This document shows, piece after piece, positions 51,803 to 64,000 of a DNA stretch of 64,000 bases (position 1 is its first letter; every line of letters begins with the position of its first letter). The stretch lies in assembly GCA_965649765.1 (NCBI GenBank), contig OZ287752.1:17422001-17486000 (forward strand), read 5' to 3'. The stretch comes from Bispira polyomma (Eukaryota). The notes beneath the pieces are model-generated. The model made no database searches, had not been told where the DNA came from, and saw only the letters and a list, made by a program, of their open reading frames with translations. The translations under genes and the position numbers were made by a program.

Positions 51803-54800
51803 ATGTGTGGAAATTATCAGTACACAGTTTCAATAAGTAAATACATATAAATTGATATTTATAATGCAGTTATAAATGTATCAGTTATATAATGAATTTA
51901 TTAATTTACAACTGTTTACTTGCTATACGAAAGGAAACACATTAAAATTGACATGGATGAAATATTTAAAATTTATCACTACTAACAGTATAGAGATATA
52001 TAGCATGTAAACTTTGCACAAAAGTGTCTCAATACATGTAAACAACTTTACTTCTAGAATATTAATTAAACAACCTGTCACAATAAATCAACCCATTTTT
52101 TCATGTAGGTTTATATATAGATAAACACCAAGTGGAACTACATTATGTAAACTTAATGGTGTACGAGGGCCTTTAGTCCCACATACCCATTCAGTTTACT
52201 TAATTCAAGTGCCACGAGGTGTTTATTTATTATAAAACCCAACCCTACTAAAACAATATATTTCATTAAACATTGAAATTAAATTATATATGCTTGTTTT
52301 ACTTTATTAAATGTTAGAAAAACGCTACCACTATATTATTTTCTAATGCTACATGATTAGAAAATAATGTTGGGAGAGTTCAATAGCAATGCATACTGTA
52401 TAGGTTCTATGGGAAATATAGATTTATACCTGCCTTACGTATTTGAAACTTATGTTTGCAGTTTTGTCGCTTCTGTCTGTCATATTGACTGAAATCAGTG
52501 TGACAACTCGTTATGAATCTGACTACAGAGATGGGTCTACCTACTATGTACTGAATGGTGAGAGTATTACACTAGTTTGTGAATATGGACTCAGTGAAGC
52601 TGAAGTGTATGATGTTCGTTGGTATAACACTGAAGAGAGCCCTGAAGTAGTGCTCTTTATCAAAGCAGTTGTACCTGGTACTGAATTGCAAGGAACACCA
52701 TTAAAAAACAGGGGTGTCACTTGGACTTATACAGATACGTCACACAGACTAACTATACCTCAGGTGAACATTCTTACTGATGGATTTAGATACAGATGTC
52801 GCGTGGATGATGGTAAAGGACAAAGAGTGTCAAATAATAACCTGGACCTAAATAACATAATATATGGTAAGATAGTTTTATACCATTCACTATTCTTCCG
52901 TACATTTTATTTTAAAGTAGTTTACATATTGGCATGCGCCACATACTGGTGACTCTTGTAATGACAATGCAAGTGGTTTCATTGATTTTGTACACAAGTG
53001 AGAACTCACACCACTGCAAATGTTTGTTGACTTGAATGCTCCTGTTCTTTTTTTTTACAATATTTAGAACCACTCACATGTGAGGGAGGTAACAAATATA
53101 GTGGACAGACATTAAAAAATTACCTTAAATATATACAAATTCACTGGTTACATGACATACTCAAATTTCCCACAAGGTGGTTTTCACAGATTTATAAAAT
53201 CAGGAGAAACACGACAAGTATGGCTTATAAAAGAGTGAAAATCTACAAACGTTAATAAACAAAGAACAGAGTGTTGCGAAATGTACAACTGATTTTGTGT
53301 TATATATTTACTCATAGATTATATTATTTAATGACAAACTTTATAAATCTTTAAAAATTAATTTTCTAAATATATTTTTGACAGATAGTACGGTCAATAG
53401 TTAGATATGTTGTAATCAGTTTTTAAGCAGACAACTCAACTGTATCAAAGTATCTTTGGGTATTTGCGTAAGTTATTATAAGAAGGTATCAGAGTAGCCT
53501 TGGCACACAGAAAACGAAACATAATATATTTTCTAAAAATATACTACCATCAAAATGTGATAGCTTATTCCCATGTTTAGTTTTTAAAACAATAGTAAAA
53601 ACAGTTGTAAACACCTGATCTATTATTTGCCGTAGTACATTAACATATGAATGTTGTTATCATTCATTTCATCTGTTTGATAAACATATTATTTAATTTT
53701 GTACACGTTTTACTTTTTGCTATATTTCCAGATGCACCAGATTCCGTGACCCTTATCTCAATAGGTATTGTAATTGAGGGTGTAACCAAATCTATCCAGT
53801 GTAGAGTGTCCTCTATCTATCCAGGTAAAGAGGAGACAGACTTCAGAGTAAAAGTAGGGAGTGAGTACCAGAGTGGAGGTGTTGAGACAGGGAGTATGGA
53901 GAGTAATGGACTGACTTATACAGTGACTTACACACAGACACTGAGCTTTAACCATAGTCAGCAAGGTCAAAGAACACAGTGTGAACTGACGTGGGGTGAA
54001 GGACCCATAGAAGTAGTGAAAATATCTAACACTGAAACCTTGGATGTGTACTGTAAGTATAGAATGGGTGGATATATTATATATAAATACGTGACAGAAG
54101 AAGAATGATATCTGCATCGTAGAATAATGTTACTTGCACAAAGAATATGTGCATAAGTGTGTGTCTTTACTATATATATAAAATGCTGTAAGGATATTAT
54201 ATTTATCACAAATCTGTATTTCATGCAATGCCTAAGTATGTTTTCTATGAATATAGGTGACTGATTGTGTGTGATGAACACAAACTTAGTGGTGTAGAAT
54301 GCAGTCTAATTATTGCAGTATAAGATATTTTGAGTAAAAGTCAGTTTTATAGGTTTATCTTTTGGTCAAATATTTCTGCATGTTATGTAACTAATTTAAT
54401 TTTTTTTACTAAATGTAATTTGCTTCTGAATACTATACATTATTCAGATATCCCAACACCAGTAAGTAAACCTACAGCCTCTCTGTCCAATCCAGTGATT
54501 GAGAATTCCCTGTTAACCTTGACCTGTGAAGTAGACAGTAATCCTGCAGGTAGGCTGAGATTGTACAGACAGGGAGTAGGTACACATCTAGAACAGGTCA
54601 CAGCAAAAACACTAGAGTATCAACTCACTGTTGACAAAGATGATAATGGTGCCCAGTTTTACTGCAGAGCTGATGATCATAATATGTACTCAGGGTGGAC
54701 ATTTGATGTGGAGACTGAAAGGCTAAGGATTAGTGTATTGTGTAAGTTTGGTCTGTTCAAAATTTAAATTATACAGTATAACAGGAGTTACATACTGTGA

Positions 54801-57800
54801 AGTATATATGTACATGGTTTTCCTGACTGAAGTAGTCTCTATCTTGTTATAAAAGGTTATTATTAACCAACAGTATAAAATGTTTTGCAACTTAATGTTT
54901 TGTGTTTTGGGTTTGCTCTTCTGTTGATGTTGGAAATTCTATTTGCTCTAATTCTGTGCTGATGTTGCTTCCTCTCCCCACCAAAAACACCATTATATTG
55001 CTTACAAACTTTCAGATACACTAAACAGACTAACAATTTCTGCAAACTCCAGTCCAGTCACCGACAAAGGAGAGACAAGGGAGTTAAGATATACAGCAAA
55101 TGAAAACCCTGAACCTTTGAACAGTTTGTACAAAGTAGATGGTACAAGTGGGGGAGTCTGTTATCATTGTTTGTTTTGATAGGGACTGGCAAGACCAAGA
55201 CAGATTCCTAAAAATATAGATTACATTAAGTGAAAGTTACATATTACTGATCACTTTATATAGGATAAAGATGTTTGTTAGAGATTTATACATTTATAAA
55301 TTACATTAAACGTTCATTCTACAATATGTCTGTGTTTGATAATAGATCCTCCTGATGTACAAGCTCAAAGTGTATCAGACACCGTAGAAGAAGAATCACA
55401 ACTTGTTATTAGCTGTAACATTGAGGCTGGTAATCCTATGGAAATCACAAGTCAGTTCTGGGAGTTTGAACCTAAATATAAAGATGCCACATCTCAGGCT
55501 CTACCAGACCAGAGAGAGAACAGAGAACTGAGTATAGAGAGTACAGTGTACACTGATGTAGGGACTTATAGCTGTACAGCAGAGAATACAGTAGGAAGTG
55601 ATAGAGGAGAGATACAGATTGTTGTACATTGTAAGTAATTATATAGATGTACTATAGGAAATACAGTGGAGAGTCATATAGGGGAGATACAGATTGTTGT
55701 ACAGCGTTAGTAATTATGTAGATGTACTGTAGGTAATACAGTGGGGATAGAGATTGTTATATATTGTAAGTAAGTATGTAGATGTAATGCAGTGAAAACA
55801 GTGATACAGGGTATACACAGGTTGTTGTACATTGAAGTAATTATTTGGATTCCTGGTAGGAATTACTTGGCAATGGATAGTTTACTTTGTGTTTAGTAGT
55901 TACTGTACTAGATTTATATTACTGTACCCTCAGATCCACCATTTCTTCTCAACAGAGATACTGTGTATTTTTATGCTGAACTAAATCAAAAAGTGACTCT
56001 TAATGTCACAGTGAGAGCTTTTCCTGAGTTCAGTGACCTTGAAGCTGCCTTTATCTGGTACAAAGTGGATGGATCACGTATCACTGACGGTGTAAATGTT
56101 AGAAAAATGACTGATGAAGTATTTATTTCTGAACTTGTGATAAATACTGTAAAAGGTGCAGACTACACAGGGTACACTGTTACTGTGACTAATGGTATTC
56201 AAGAGCCTGTTAATTTTTCACTGGAGTTACTGGAAAGAGGTATGTTTCACAGGTGTCAATTTAAAATATTTTTTGCAGAATTCATGATAAGTCAAATTAA
56301 CTCACAGTCTTGTAAGAAATATATTGTTAGCAAGTCTAAAAAATGAGTATCTGGAATTATAATGTAAAAGTCAGATTTGACATATAGCCATGGGTTTAAA
56401 GTCATATTGGGCAGTAGAGGTCATTTTTTGGATATATTCAAAAAATTATTGCCTAGTATGTCAGCCTAAATAATGCAGATTTTACAACTATATCACTGTG
56501 CAAACTGTGCAAACCAATTGTATCACACAGCATAATTTATTTAAAACAACCCTGTCTAAATGACCATGCGATTGAGTCCAAAGGTTAAATTAAATACTAT
56601 TGGCATCATCTACACAAACACTAAGTAGCTAATCACTTCTCTATAATAGCGGACTTTAATGTGCATCATCTACATCACAACCATGTCAACATTTTAAACC
56701 ATACAATTAAGTTGCAACCAAGAAGGCAACTAGTGATAAGTAGCGAAAACAATTAAGTTTTAAGTTGTAAACATTTGTGAGTGTAAAGGTTGAATTGTGT
56801 CATATGGAAGGCCATTCCACAACTTGAAGACATCACATGAGAATCATTTATTAAAGTTGACACTGTAAATGCATAGAAGATACATAATATGAAACGTCCG
56901 AGTAACTTTCTCAGTATTAATGCACTTGATTCTAGCAGCAGGAGTGTTTGAAAACAGAATAAGGACTATAACATGTACAAAAATTTGTAAAAAAAATGTA
57001 GAATCCAAGGTAAAGTGGTTTCGGGTGTATGAATATATATTACATGGAATTTCAGAGATTGATAACCTCTAACTGTGACTTTAATTGTGCTAAAACAACA
57101 TGTGCATTTAACTTGGACATGGAACTAAGGCCAGACACGTCTTATAACTTTATATATTATCTATTGCTGAGGTTGGTTTCTTTATGAGAGGAGTGACTAT
57201 GACCAGGGTCAGGGATGATATAATTTTTAGTGACAGGTTTATTAGTTTGGCTATTGGTATGGCTGACCAGAGGAAATATTTCAAGTCAAAGCAAAGGGGA
57301 TAGACAGACAAATACACGTTCTGTGAATTGAAAAAAAGAGGTGCCACAAGGTTAAACACTCAGATGATTAATGTGCGCTCCAAACCTTGGCCAGACTGAC
57401 ATAGAAAGCACCAAAATGATTTGTAATCACATACAAAGGGGCTAAGGTCATGAACACAGTAAACAAGACAAGAGTTCATGACCTTAACTTCTTAGACTGA
57501 TGAGGTTTGGTACCTGATCTGCCGTAGTGGCATTACAAAAATGCACAGAAATTACATTTTTAGAGGTAAAAAATCTTTAAACTGACTTTTGAAAAATGTC
57601 GCTGATTTACTGATTTTTTTTATTTTTGTTTTCCAATAAAAAAATCTATTTATTAGATACTATAACCGCAATTTAACATCATACCAAAGCTCATAGGTTA
57701 AATCGGATCAGTAGATTTGCTTCATTGAACCTGGTTTCCCATACATTGATAATATATTCCAAGGTTCTCAACCCAAACGTAATAAAACATTGGACTACAT

Positions 57801-60464
57801 ACTTTAATATGTATGGTAACATTACGCAAGATACAAACTGATCCCTTCAGTGGTTCTGGAGAAAAAAATAGTCAAATAAATTACTGTTTGTACACAAATA
57901 TAACACGTTTTGTAGACCCTGGCTAAAGGACTAATAAGTATCAGTTAATATAGTTTGTAGTTGGTATCCTGAACATTTGTTTTTCCTTTGCATCCCAATG
58001 AACAGATTCAAAAGGTAATATAGTTATCATTCCTACGGTCTTTTCCAAAAGACTGGTGTGTATTTTAATTAATTCAGGATCAGTAAATATATTGTATTTA
58101 TAGCAATAATCGATATCATCAAAGAAGAAGTTTATATTTAATCCAAATATTATTGTTTTGTGTTGCATCCAACATGGCTTTTTCCCACTTCTTATTAGTG
58201 CCATTTTCAATGTTAGTTTATCTAGAGATAAATGTATGTCTTTCAGGTGTTCCGGAACCGCCACATTCCATTATATTTGAGTCAATAACTGCCATATCGG
58301 TAACTATGTCATGGATCTTAGGCAGGAGTCCTGCAGAACAAACATTTACAGTGTATTACAGACATCAAGGGGACACTAAAATATTGTATTATGATGGAAT
58401 CCAGACCAGTGAAGATAACCCAAAAACTTTGTACAAAGTATCCAGTTTGTTACCTGATACAGAGTACTTGTTTAGGGTTAATGCACAAAACCAATACGGA
58501 GAGAGTGACCATCAGCCAGAGATATCAGCGACAACTTTAGGTATCTATGACACCATTATTATTTAATAAACATATATTTTTGTTCAATGAGCTTATAAGA
58601 ACGTGTTCTTCATGTTGTTATGTATATGACATATATAGACAGCAATTAAAACTAAAGCGGGTAAAGTTGTCATATTGACGTAAATATAATAGTATTTATG
58701 TATAAATATGCCTTGTGTGTAACACAATCATCTGGGAATGCAGAGGTGGGGCTTGATTAAAAGTCTGGCACTAACAGGTTCAGGCAACTGCATAGTGGCT
58801 CAAATGAAATAAAATGTCATATTTAGATGGGTCCTGTCCCCAGTGGCTAATAAACATTGATAAATTAATGGTTATCCTCAATCTTTTGTCTGCAGTAATC
58901 AAAATGTCAGTTACTTGTGCACGTTGGCTGTACTTGAGCCGTCAAGAAAAGGTTGATTATAAACAAGAAAAATGACAGATCATTGCACTGAGTGTACATA
59001 GAAATGAAATTATATGCCTTTATTCATATCTTTGGAGTGATATTTTTACTTTATCAAAGGTCTACCATCAGTGAGAGGGATGTTGGAGGCAAATATATAT
59101 GAAGAGATTGTAGTTTTGTACTGGGAAAACATAGATGGAAACTACACTAGAGCTGATTTATTAAAGTGTAACAATGGACGACAAAATTGTATTTCAGTAT
59201 ACAACATTACTGATGTCAATGTTAAAATATATACATTAGACACAATATATGATGGAGAGAATTACTACCTTTTAATATATCAGGATACTGATGAAGTAAC
59301 AGCCCGTCAATTTACTATGACTGATAAAAGTAAGTTTTCTTGTAAAATTGTCTGCAATATATGATAACAAAACATCTGCACTAGAAAAGTAAACAATTTA
59401 CATAAAATTTTTGACACAACAGATTTGAATTATTAGCTATATTTTAAGGTTTCTTTTTTCAGCCCTTTCTGCAAATATTATTAATGTGAAAGACACTGGA
59501 CTAATGGCAGGGATAGCAGTCCTCTCTGTCATTGTTGGCTTGCTTACAGTTTCTCAAGTTATACTAATTGTTTTGTTCAGAAGAAGACAGAACCAAAATG
59601 GTGACAATACCAAATGGACTTCAGTGAGTAATAATAAACACAATATTATGTTTAGCTCACATCACAAAATAATGTGTGCAGTATGCAATGTGTGTTCTTT
59701 TTATCAGTAAGCTTTTGTCAGTTACATTAACATCAACATCCCCAAAATCTATAATTCACATCTTTTCTCTTTGTCAATATTAATCTTCTAAACAATAAAA
59801 CATTATCTATTCCAACTCAAGATATTCACATCACTAAAGCATTATTGAATTACAACAAAAAAAAATAAAAATTATCTATGACAAACAAAAGGTACTAAAC
59901 TAGATTTTCAGGATAAATTATTCAATAAAAATTGACATTTGTTAAAAAATCTGTCAAATTAAAACAAAATTACAGGGTAGCTTATTTTTTTGTTCTTTTG
60001 TATGTTTTGTAATAGGCACCTTACAATGTACACATATTGGTAAAGTTGCTGTGAGAGGGTTGCAACCTCTCCGCTCTGCACATTGTGTCAGAAAAAGGTT
60101 TTAATAGGGAGAATAAACAAAAAAAAATTCAGTAAAATGTTTATTTAATTGTGACATGTACATTTTTTAAGAATGAAAGTCCAACAACATATGAAAATGT
60201 ACCATCTACACATGAAATCAGCAACTATGAGATGACAAAACCAGAAGAACCAACACCACAAGCTGAGTATACAGATTTGAAGGTATGGCCACTGCATAAT
60301 TGATACAACTGAAATAATTATAACAAATTTTATAATCCACTTAACAAAATTGTTCAATATTTGTAACTGAATTATTTATATATACTAAGTTTAATCAGAT
60401 ATTTGCTTATAAATTTGTCCTTTATTGTTCATTGTAGCAAGTGACATATGAAGCCATTAACTGA
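51803..60464 (+). CDS. Type I membrane IgSF receptor, 11 exons, ~835 aa: SP, Ig-V, 3 Cys-containing Ig, 1 Cys-less Ig-like, FN3, FN3-like, TM, ITSM/ITIM tail (nephrin/Siglec-like architecture)
   Basis: Exons 51803-51836 (tentative), 52462-52866, 53732-54052, 54448-54741, 55346-55630, 55934-56239, 58247-58540, 59060-59329, 59463-59623, 60172-60282, 60438-60464; all AG/GT, one domain per phase-1 exon, total 2508 nt, no stops; AATAAA at 61052. Confidence 0.88.
52462..52866 (+). CDS. Receptor exon 2: end of signal peptide + V-type Ig domain
   Basis: ITLVC..VRWY..HRLTI..DGFRYRC; tttgcag / G|GTAAG. Confidence 0.9.
53732..54052 (+). CDS. Receptor exon 3: C-type Ig domain
   Basis: IQCRVSSIYP..GQRTQC; ttccag / T|GTAAGT. 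Confidence 0.9.
54448..54741 (+). CDS. Receptor exon 4: Ig domain
   Basis: LTLTCEVDSNP..DNGAQFYC; ttcag / T|GTAAGT. Confidence 0.9.
55016..55150 (+). pseudogene. Relic half Ig exon inside receptor intron 4
   Basis: tttcag acceptor, phase 1, LTISANSSPVTDKGETRELRYTANENPEP..LYK (B-strand Cys replaced by Tyr), then similarity is lost and a stop follows. Confidence 0.6.
55346..55630 (+). CDS. Receptor exon 5: Ig domain
   Basis: LVISC..GNP..FWEF..LSI..DVGTYSCTAENTVG. Confidence 0.92.
55585..55845. repeat. ~65-75 bp tandem reiteration of the exon 5 3' end and splice donor, 4 copies
   Basis: aatacagt..gatacagattgttgtacattgtaagtaatt repeated with decay. Confidence 0.75.
55934..56239 (+). CDS. Receptor exon 6: Cys-less Ig-like domain
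   Basis: VTLNVTVRAFP..FIWYK..SELVI..DYTGYTVTVTNGI. Confidence 0.88.
56600..57400. mobile_element. Highly decayed LINE-like remnants
   Basis: Minus-strand KLWNGLP-like motif at ~56805-56825 and plus-strand degenerate GVPQG-like motif at ~57335-57352; weak. Confidence 0.3.
58247..58540 (+). CDS. Receptor exon 7: fibronectin type III domain
   Basis: VPEPP..SVTMSW..QTFTVYY..LLPDTEYLFRVNAQNQYGES. Confidence 0.93.
59060..59329 (+). CDS. Receptor exon 8: divergent FN3-like membrane-proximal domain
   Basis: VVLYW..C..C..YYLLIYQD; phase-1 AG/GT. Confidence 0.82.
59463..59623 (+). CDS. Receptor exon 9: transmembrane helix
   Basis: GLMAGIAVLSVIVGLLTVSQVILIVLF followed by RRR; donor TCA|GTGAGT phase 0. 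Confidence 0.9.
60172..60282 (+). CDS. Receptor exon 10: cytoplasmic tyrosine motifs (TTYENV, SNYEM, AEYTDL)
   Basis: ttttttaag acceptor, AAG|GTATGG donor, 111 nt phase 0. Confidence 0.82.
60438..60464 (+). CDS. Receptor exon 11: QVTYEAIN-stop (ITIM consensus)
   Basis: ttgtag acceptor, in frame, TGA at 60462-60464. Confidence 0.75.
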   Translation, partial: QVTYEAIN

Positions 60465-61279
60465 AGAATTGGTGCATAAAAGCTACAGATGTACTCAAGC
60501 ATAGAACATAACAAAGACATATATAGCATTGAGTAAAAATTGTGTATCTACTTATAATATAATATGGTATTAAGACCGTACTGGTAGTATTTTATTTAAG
60601 TAGTATTGTAGCAGTCTCAAATACACTCAAGTGTGTAATAGGGGGTCATTAGAGAGACTGTAGAATGGGTGAAATGGTCTTCGATGACATCGGTCAGTGT
60701 GCACATACCACTAGTATATACCAATAAGGTCAGGTGACCATATGTGTTTCAATTAGGAAAGGCTGTAGCATACTATTGTGTAGTTTTGATTTCAAATGTT
60801 TTAATGTACAGATTATTCTCTCCCTTAAAAATAGTAACTTTTAAATAACTGTGAACATGTGTTATGTATAATGTACTGAGGTATGCCATAACAAGTACTC
60901 ACAAGTTAGTTGAATTGGCACACAGATGTCATAATAGACTCATATATGTCATGTCATGTTATATATGTTTTACATTACCTTTATTTTAATGTACATATTA
61001 TAGCCATTAGTAGTTGTTACTCCTATTAGTCTAACCGTGTGACACTTATGAAATAAACATGCGCCATATCTTCTATACCAGTCTTATATCTACCTGCATT
61101 TGGATCTCTTCAAACAGTTATATTTGTTATTTCTCTTACACTGAAGTATGTCCGTCCCAATATAACCTAAACAGGTACTGTAGTGAACGTTATACATCCA
61201 AATAAAAAAAAAAGTAATGTTGTCTTTTTGATATATATATATACACTGGCTTATAGATCGATGAGATAACATAGTCAGA

Positions 61280-64000
61280 GTGTGGGGGCTGTTACCCAAC
61301 GGGTCACTGTGCTTCAGTTCCTGGTCCACCCTAACTAAATATTATTTGTTTAAAGTCCTTTCTTGTGACACGCAAATTACCTCCTGTTTTGGAGATATTG
61401 AACCCCTGTTACAAATACTCGCAAGCCATTGGTCCCCCCCTTCTCTCTTGCTATTACAACTGTGGCAGCCATTATAAAAAAGTATTTGACAAGGGCACAC
61501 ACAAAATTGATGCCTAAACAAAATTATTTATTTCTCTGTGTTTAAAAGCTGGATCTAGCCGCTTTTTATATGCTTGTTTACTATTCTAACTGATTTTAGT
61601 ATTTACAAACTACATTTTAACTGTTTTAGTAAAACAAACAAGCACGTATACAATCTGTTGGACCCTTCTACAATTATAAAGATGGGGAGAAGGAAAGTTA
61701 CCAAAACTGCTGATAGTGTTGGGCAAGTTATGGACGATAGTGCTAGCAGTACAGGGGATGAGATTACTCAGCAACAGGTGAACCTTCGTATACTAGAGGA
61801 GCTGAAGACATTGGGTGAAAGAATTGGTTCTATTGAGCAGAAAGTGGAAGACAAGCAGCCTCAGGGAGCCTGCAGGGGACAGACGTCAGCCTTTGAACCC
61901 ACTGATGAAACCGTCATACTGACTGTACAAACTCTGAAGTTCTCGGCAACATTGCAAGCACAGGTCGATGCCAGATTGACTGAACTGCAGAAACTCAACT
62001 CACAGGACTTAACAGGTAGATTTAAGTCACAAAGGGGGGGTTCCATCGAGGTCCTTTGTAAAAAACAAGTAAAATGGCCAAACCACAAAATATTGGGAGG
62101 GTCTCAGAGAGATAGAGTTTCGTGTAACAATTTGACTGTTTTCCAATGGGTGGCTGGCTTTGTCCAAGCGGCCCAGGAGGAGTCTGATCCTAAGATCAGA
62201 AACATTATGTATGAATATTTAGGCGATCTCATGAAGGACACTCAAGACTTCTCCTGGCTCGCCGCCAAAGCCAGCCATGCTGTTCTACTCTGTAGAATGG
62301 AGGAAGGTCGGGTAACATGGACAGAGTCCAAATAATTAGACAGAAGTAGGAGGGCTAATGCCCAGAGGGTGGGAGTTAAGAAAAGTAGTCAAGATAGTAG
62401 TACCAAAACTAAAGATTTGCCTTGCAAATTCCACCAAAATGTCGGAAGTTCAAGGACCATGAGCACAATGACCAGCTTTATAGATACATCTGTGCCAGCT
62501 TTTATACTCAGAATAAGGAACATAACCACCCTAGTAAAGAATGTAGGTCGAAAAACAATCAATGGCATTCACAAAACGAGTAAGGCACTGCTTGGCAGTG
62601 CCTACACAGTATAAACAGTCCTTCAAAAAGGCAGACACACCTGTGTGGGGGGTAACTTTTGTTAATTCAAAATTTCATACTCAAACCCCAAAATCAGGGC
62701 AATGTAACACTGTCTTTAGTAAAAACACTAAACCCAAGATCTGGGATAAAGTTGGTACCATAAATGGCAGTACACGGTTTGGTAGTGCTAGGTATTGGTC
62801 CCAAGTGAAAAAAGTTGCAACATGTGTATCACATTGTGCACCTACGTTAGAACATAATAAAAACTTTCAAACAAGAGAGGTGGGCAAACATGAAAAATGT
62901 TTAGCTCCATATTATGCAAAAGATACTTCACTGGTTCACAGAACTAACAGGACCCTTTGCCCAATTAACTTTAATCAGGTGAACAGTGCCATTGTTGAAT
63001 CTAGTGAAATCACCCCAAGTATTGATGGCAAAACCCCAGTAGTTTACACAAGTCTCAGCAATACTGAATCACATATTAAATGCTTTGCCAGTGACAGCTG
63101 TGATATTACGCAGCATAAACAGGTGGATAACAACACAGGTATTGGTCATAATAGACAAAACAAGGGGGATTAAAAACAGAAGGTAAGCATTTCTGTCCAA
63201 AATAGCAACAGAAAAACTACAAACCTTACAGATAATACTCCCCTTAAAAACACGTGTTCCTTTGAAAATACAAGTGAATCATCCTGTACCCTTGATTTGG
63301 TCTTACCAAATGTAGAAACACAAATGGGTAAAACAAGAAAAAGATCAGTATGACAATAGTACAGATCCAAACACCATTTGGGATGTGAATTGGCATTCAA
63401 AATACAGTGGAAATTTGTTTCTAAAAAATAAACAAAAACAAAGGCTGGAACGAGCCAAGGGAGTTGTGAATTTGAATTATTCAAAAAACAACAAAATTTC
63501 ATGTTTGGGTTTATACCACTGTAAAATTAAGCACAAACCAAGTGGTGGTGAATCATATACCACCATATGTCATGATCCACTACTGGCTCACAAGATAGTC
63601 AAAGCGTCAGGTAAGCCCAACTTTATGGGGCTCGACTACCTGTGGCAAGTCAGCTGCACGTCACTGAGTGGCAAAAACGTTTAGTGGGTTATTGGGATTG
63701 GCAGCTCCTTGAATTTCTCAAATATGGGTTTCCATTAGATTTTTCAACAAATATTGACTTCGTCAGTGAAAGGGTTAACCACCCCTCTGCAGTACAATAT
63801 AAGGACCATGCAGAAGCATACTTGAAAGAAGAACTTAGTTTTGGTGCCATAATAGGCCCATTTGATGACTGTCCCATGCAAAACCTACAATTTTCACCCT
63901 TCCTTACTAGGACTAAACCTGACTCAGAAAAAATGTCACGTTATTATTGACCTGAGTTGGCCGGAAGGTCATTCAGTAAACGCTGGTGTTAGTAAAGATG
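61280..64000 (+). mobile_element. Decayed PAT/Ngaro-like YR retrotransposon E (gag ~61682-62583, pol start; runs off window)
   Basis: gag GRFKSQRGG..VKWP..QWVAGF..FSWLAAKASHAVLLCRMEEGRVTW, C-terminal Cys/His finger; pol GYWDWQLLEFLKYGFPLDF..NHPSA..FGAIIGPF..SPFLTR. Confidence 0.9.

Overview
AT-rich eukaryotic (invertebrate, mollusc/lophotrochozoan-like) genomic DNA; no prokaryotic features. There are two host immune-type genes, pointing away from each other. (i) A minus-strand NLR: a CARD/death-fold exon at 24593-24950 spliced across an 11.4 kb intron to one 2.8 kb NACHT+LRR exon at 10373-13180 that carries three frameshifts. (ii) A frame-intact 11-exon plus-strand receptor at 51803-60464 (about 835 aa: signal peptide, 5 Ig-like, 2 FN3-like, TM, tail with ITSM/ITIM tyrosine motifs). 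A decayed two-exon paralog fragment of this receptor lies at 38609-39420. About 40% of the window is decayed tyrosine-recombinase (YR) retrotransposons: one DIRS1-type element with ITRs and ICR, carrying a nested PIF/Harbinger, and five PAT/Ngaro-like elements or fragments. The rest includes tRNA-derived SINEs, a solo LTR, MITEs and many minisatellites. The most unusual signal is in the PAT/Ngaro-like elements. Independent copies share a phase-1 splice donor in gag and an in-phase acceptor between the end of pol and the YR frame, and one copy has a slippery-site/hairpin signal at the gag-pol overlap. This suggests Gag, Gag-Pol (by -1 frameshift) and a spliced Gag-YR fusion all come from one start codon. 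Repeat boundaries were read by eye and are approximate unless TSDs or splice sites are quoted.
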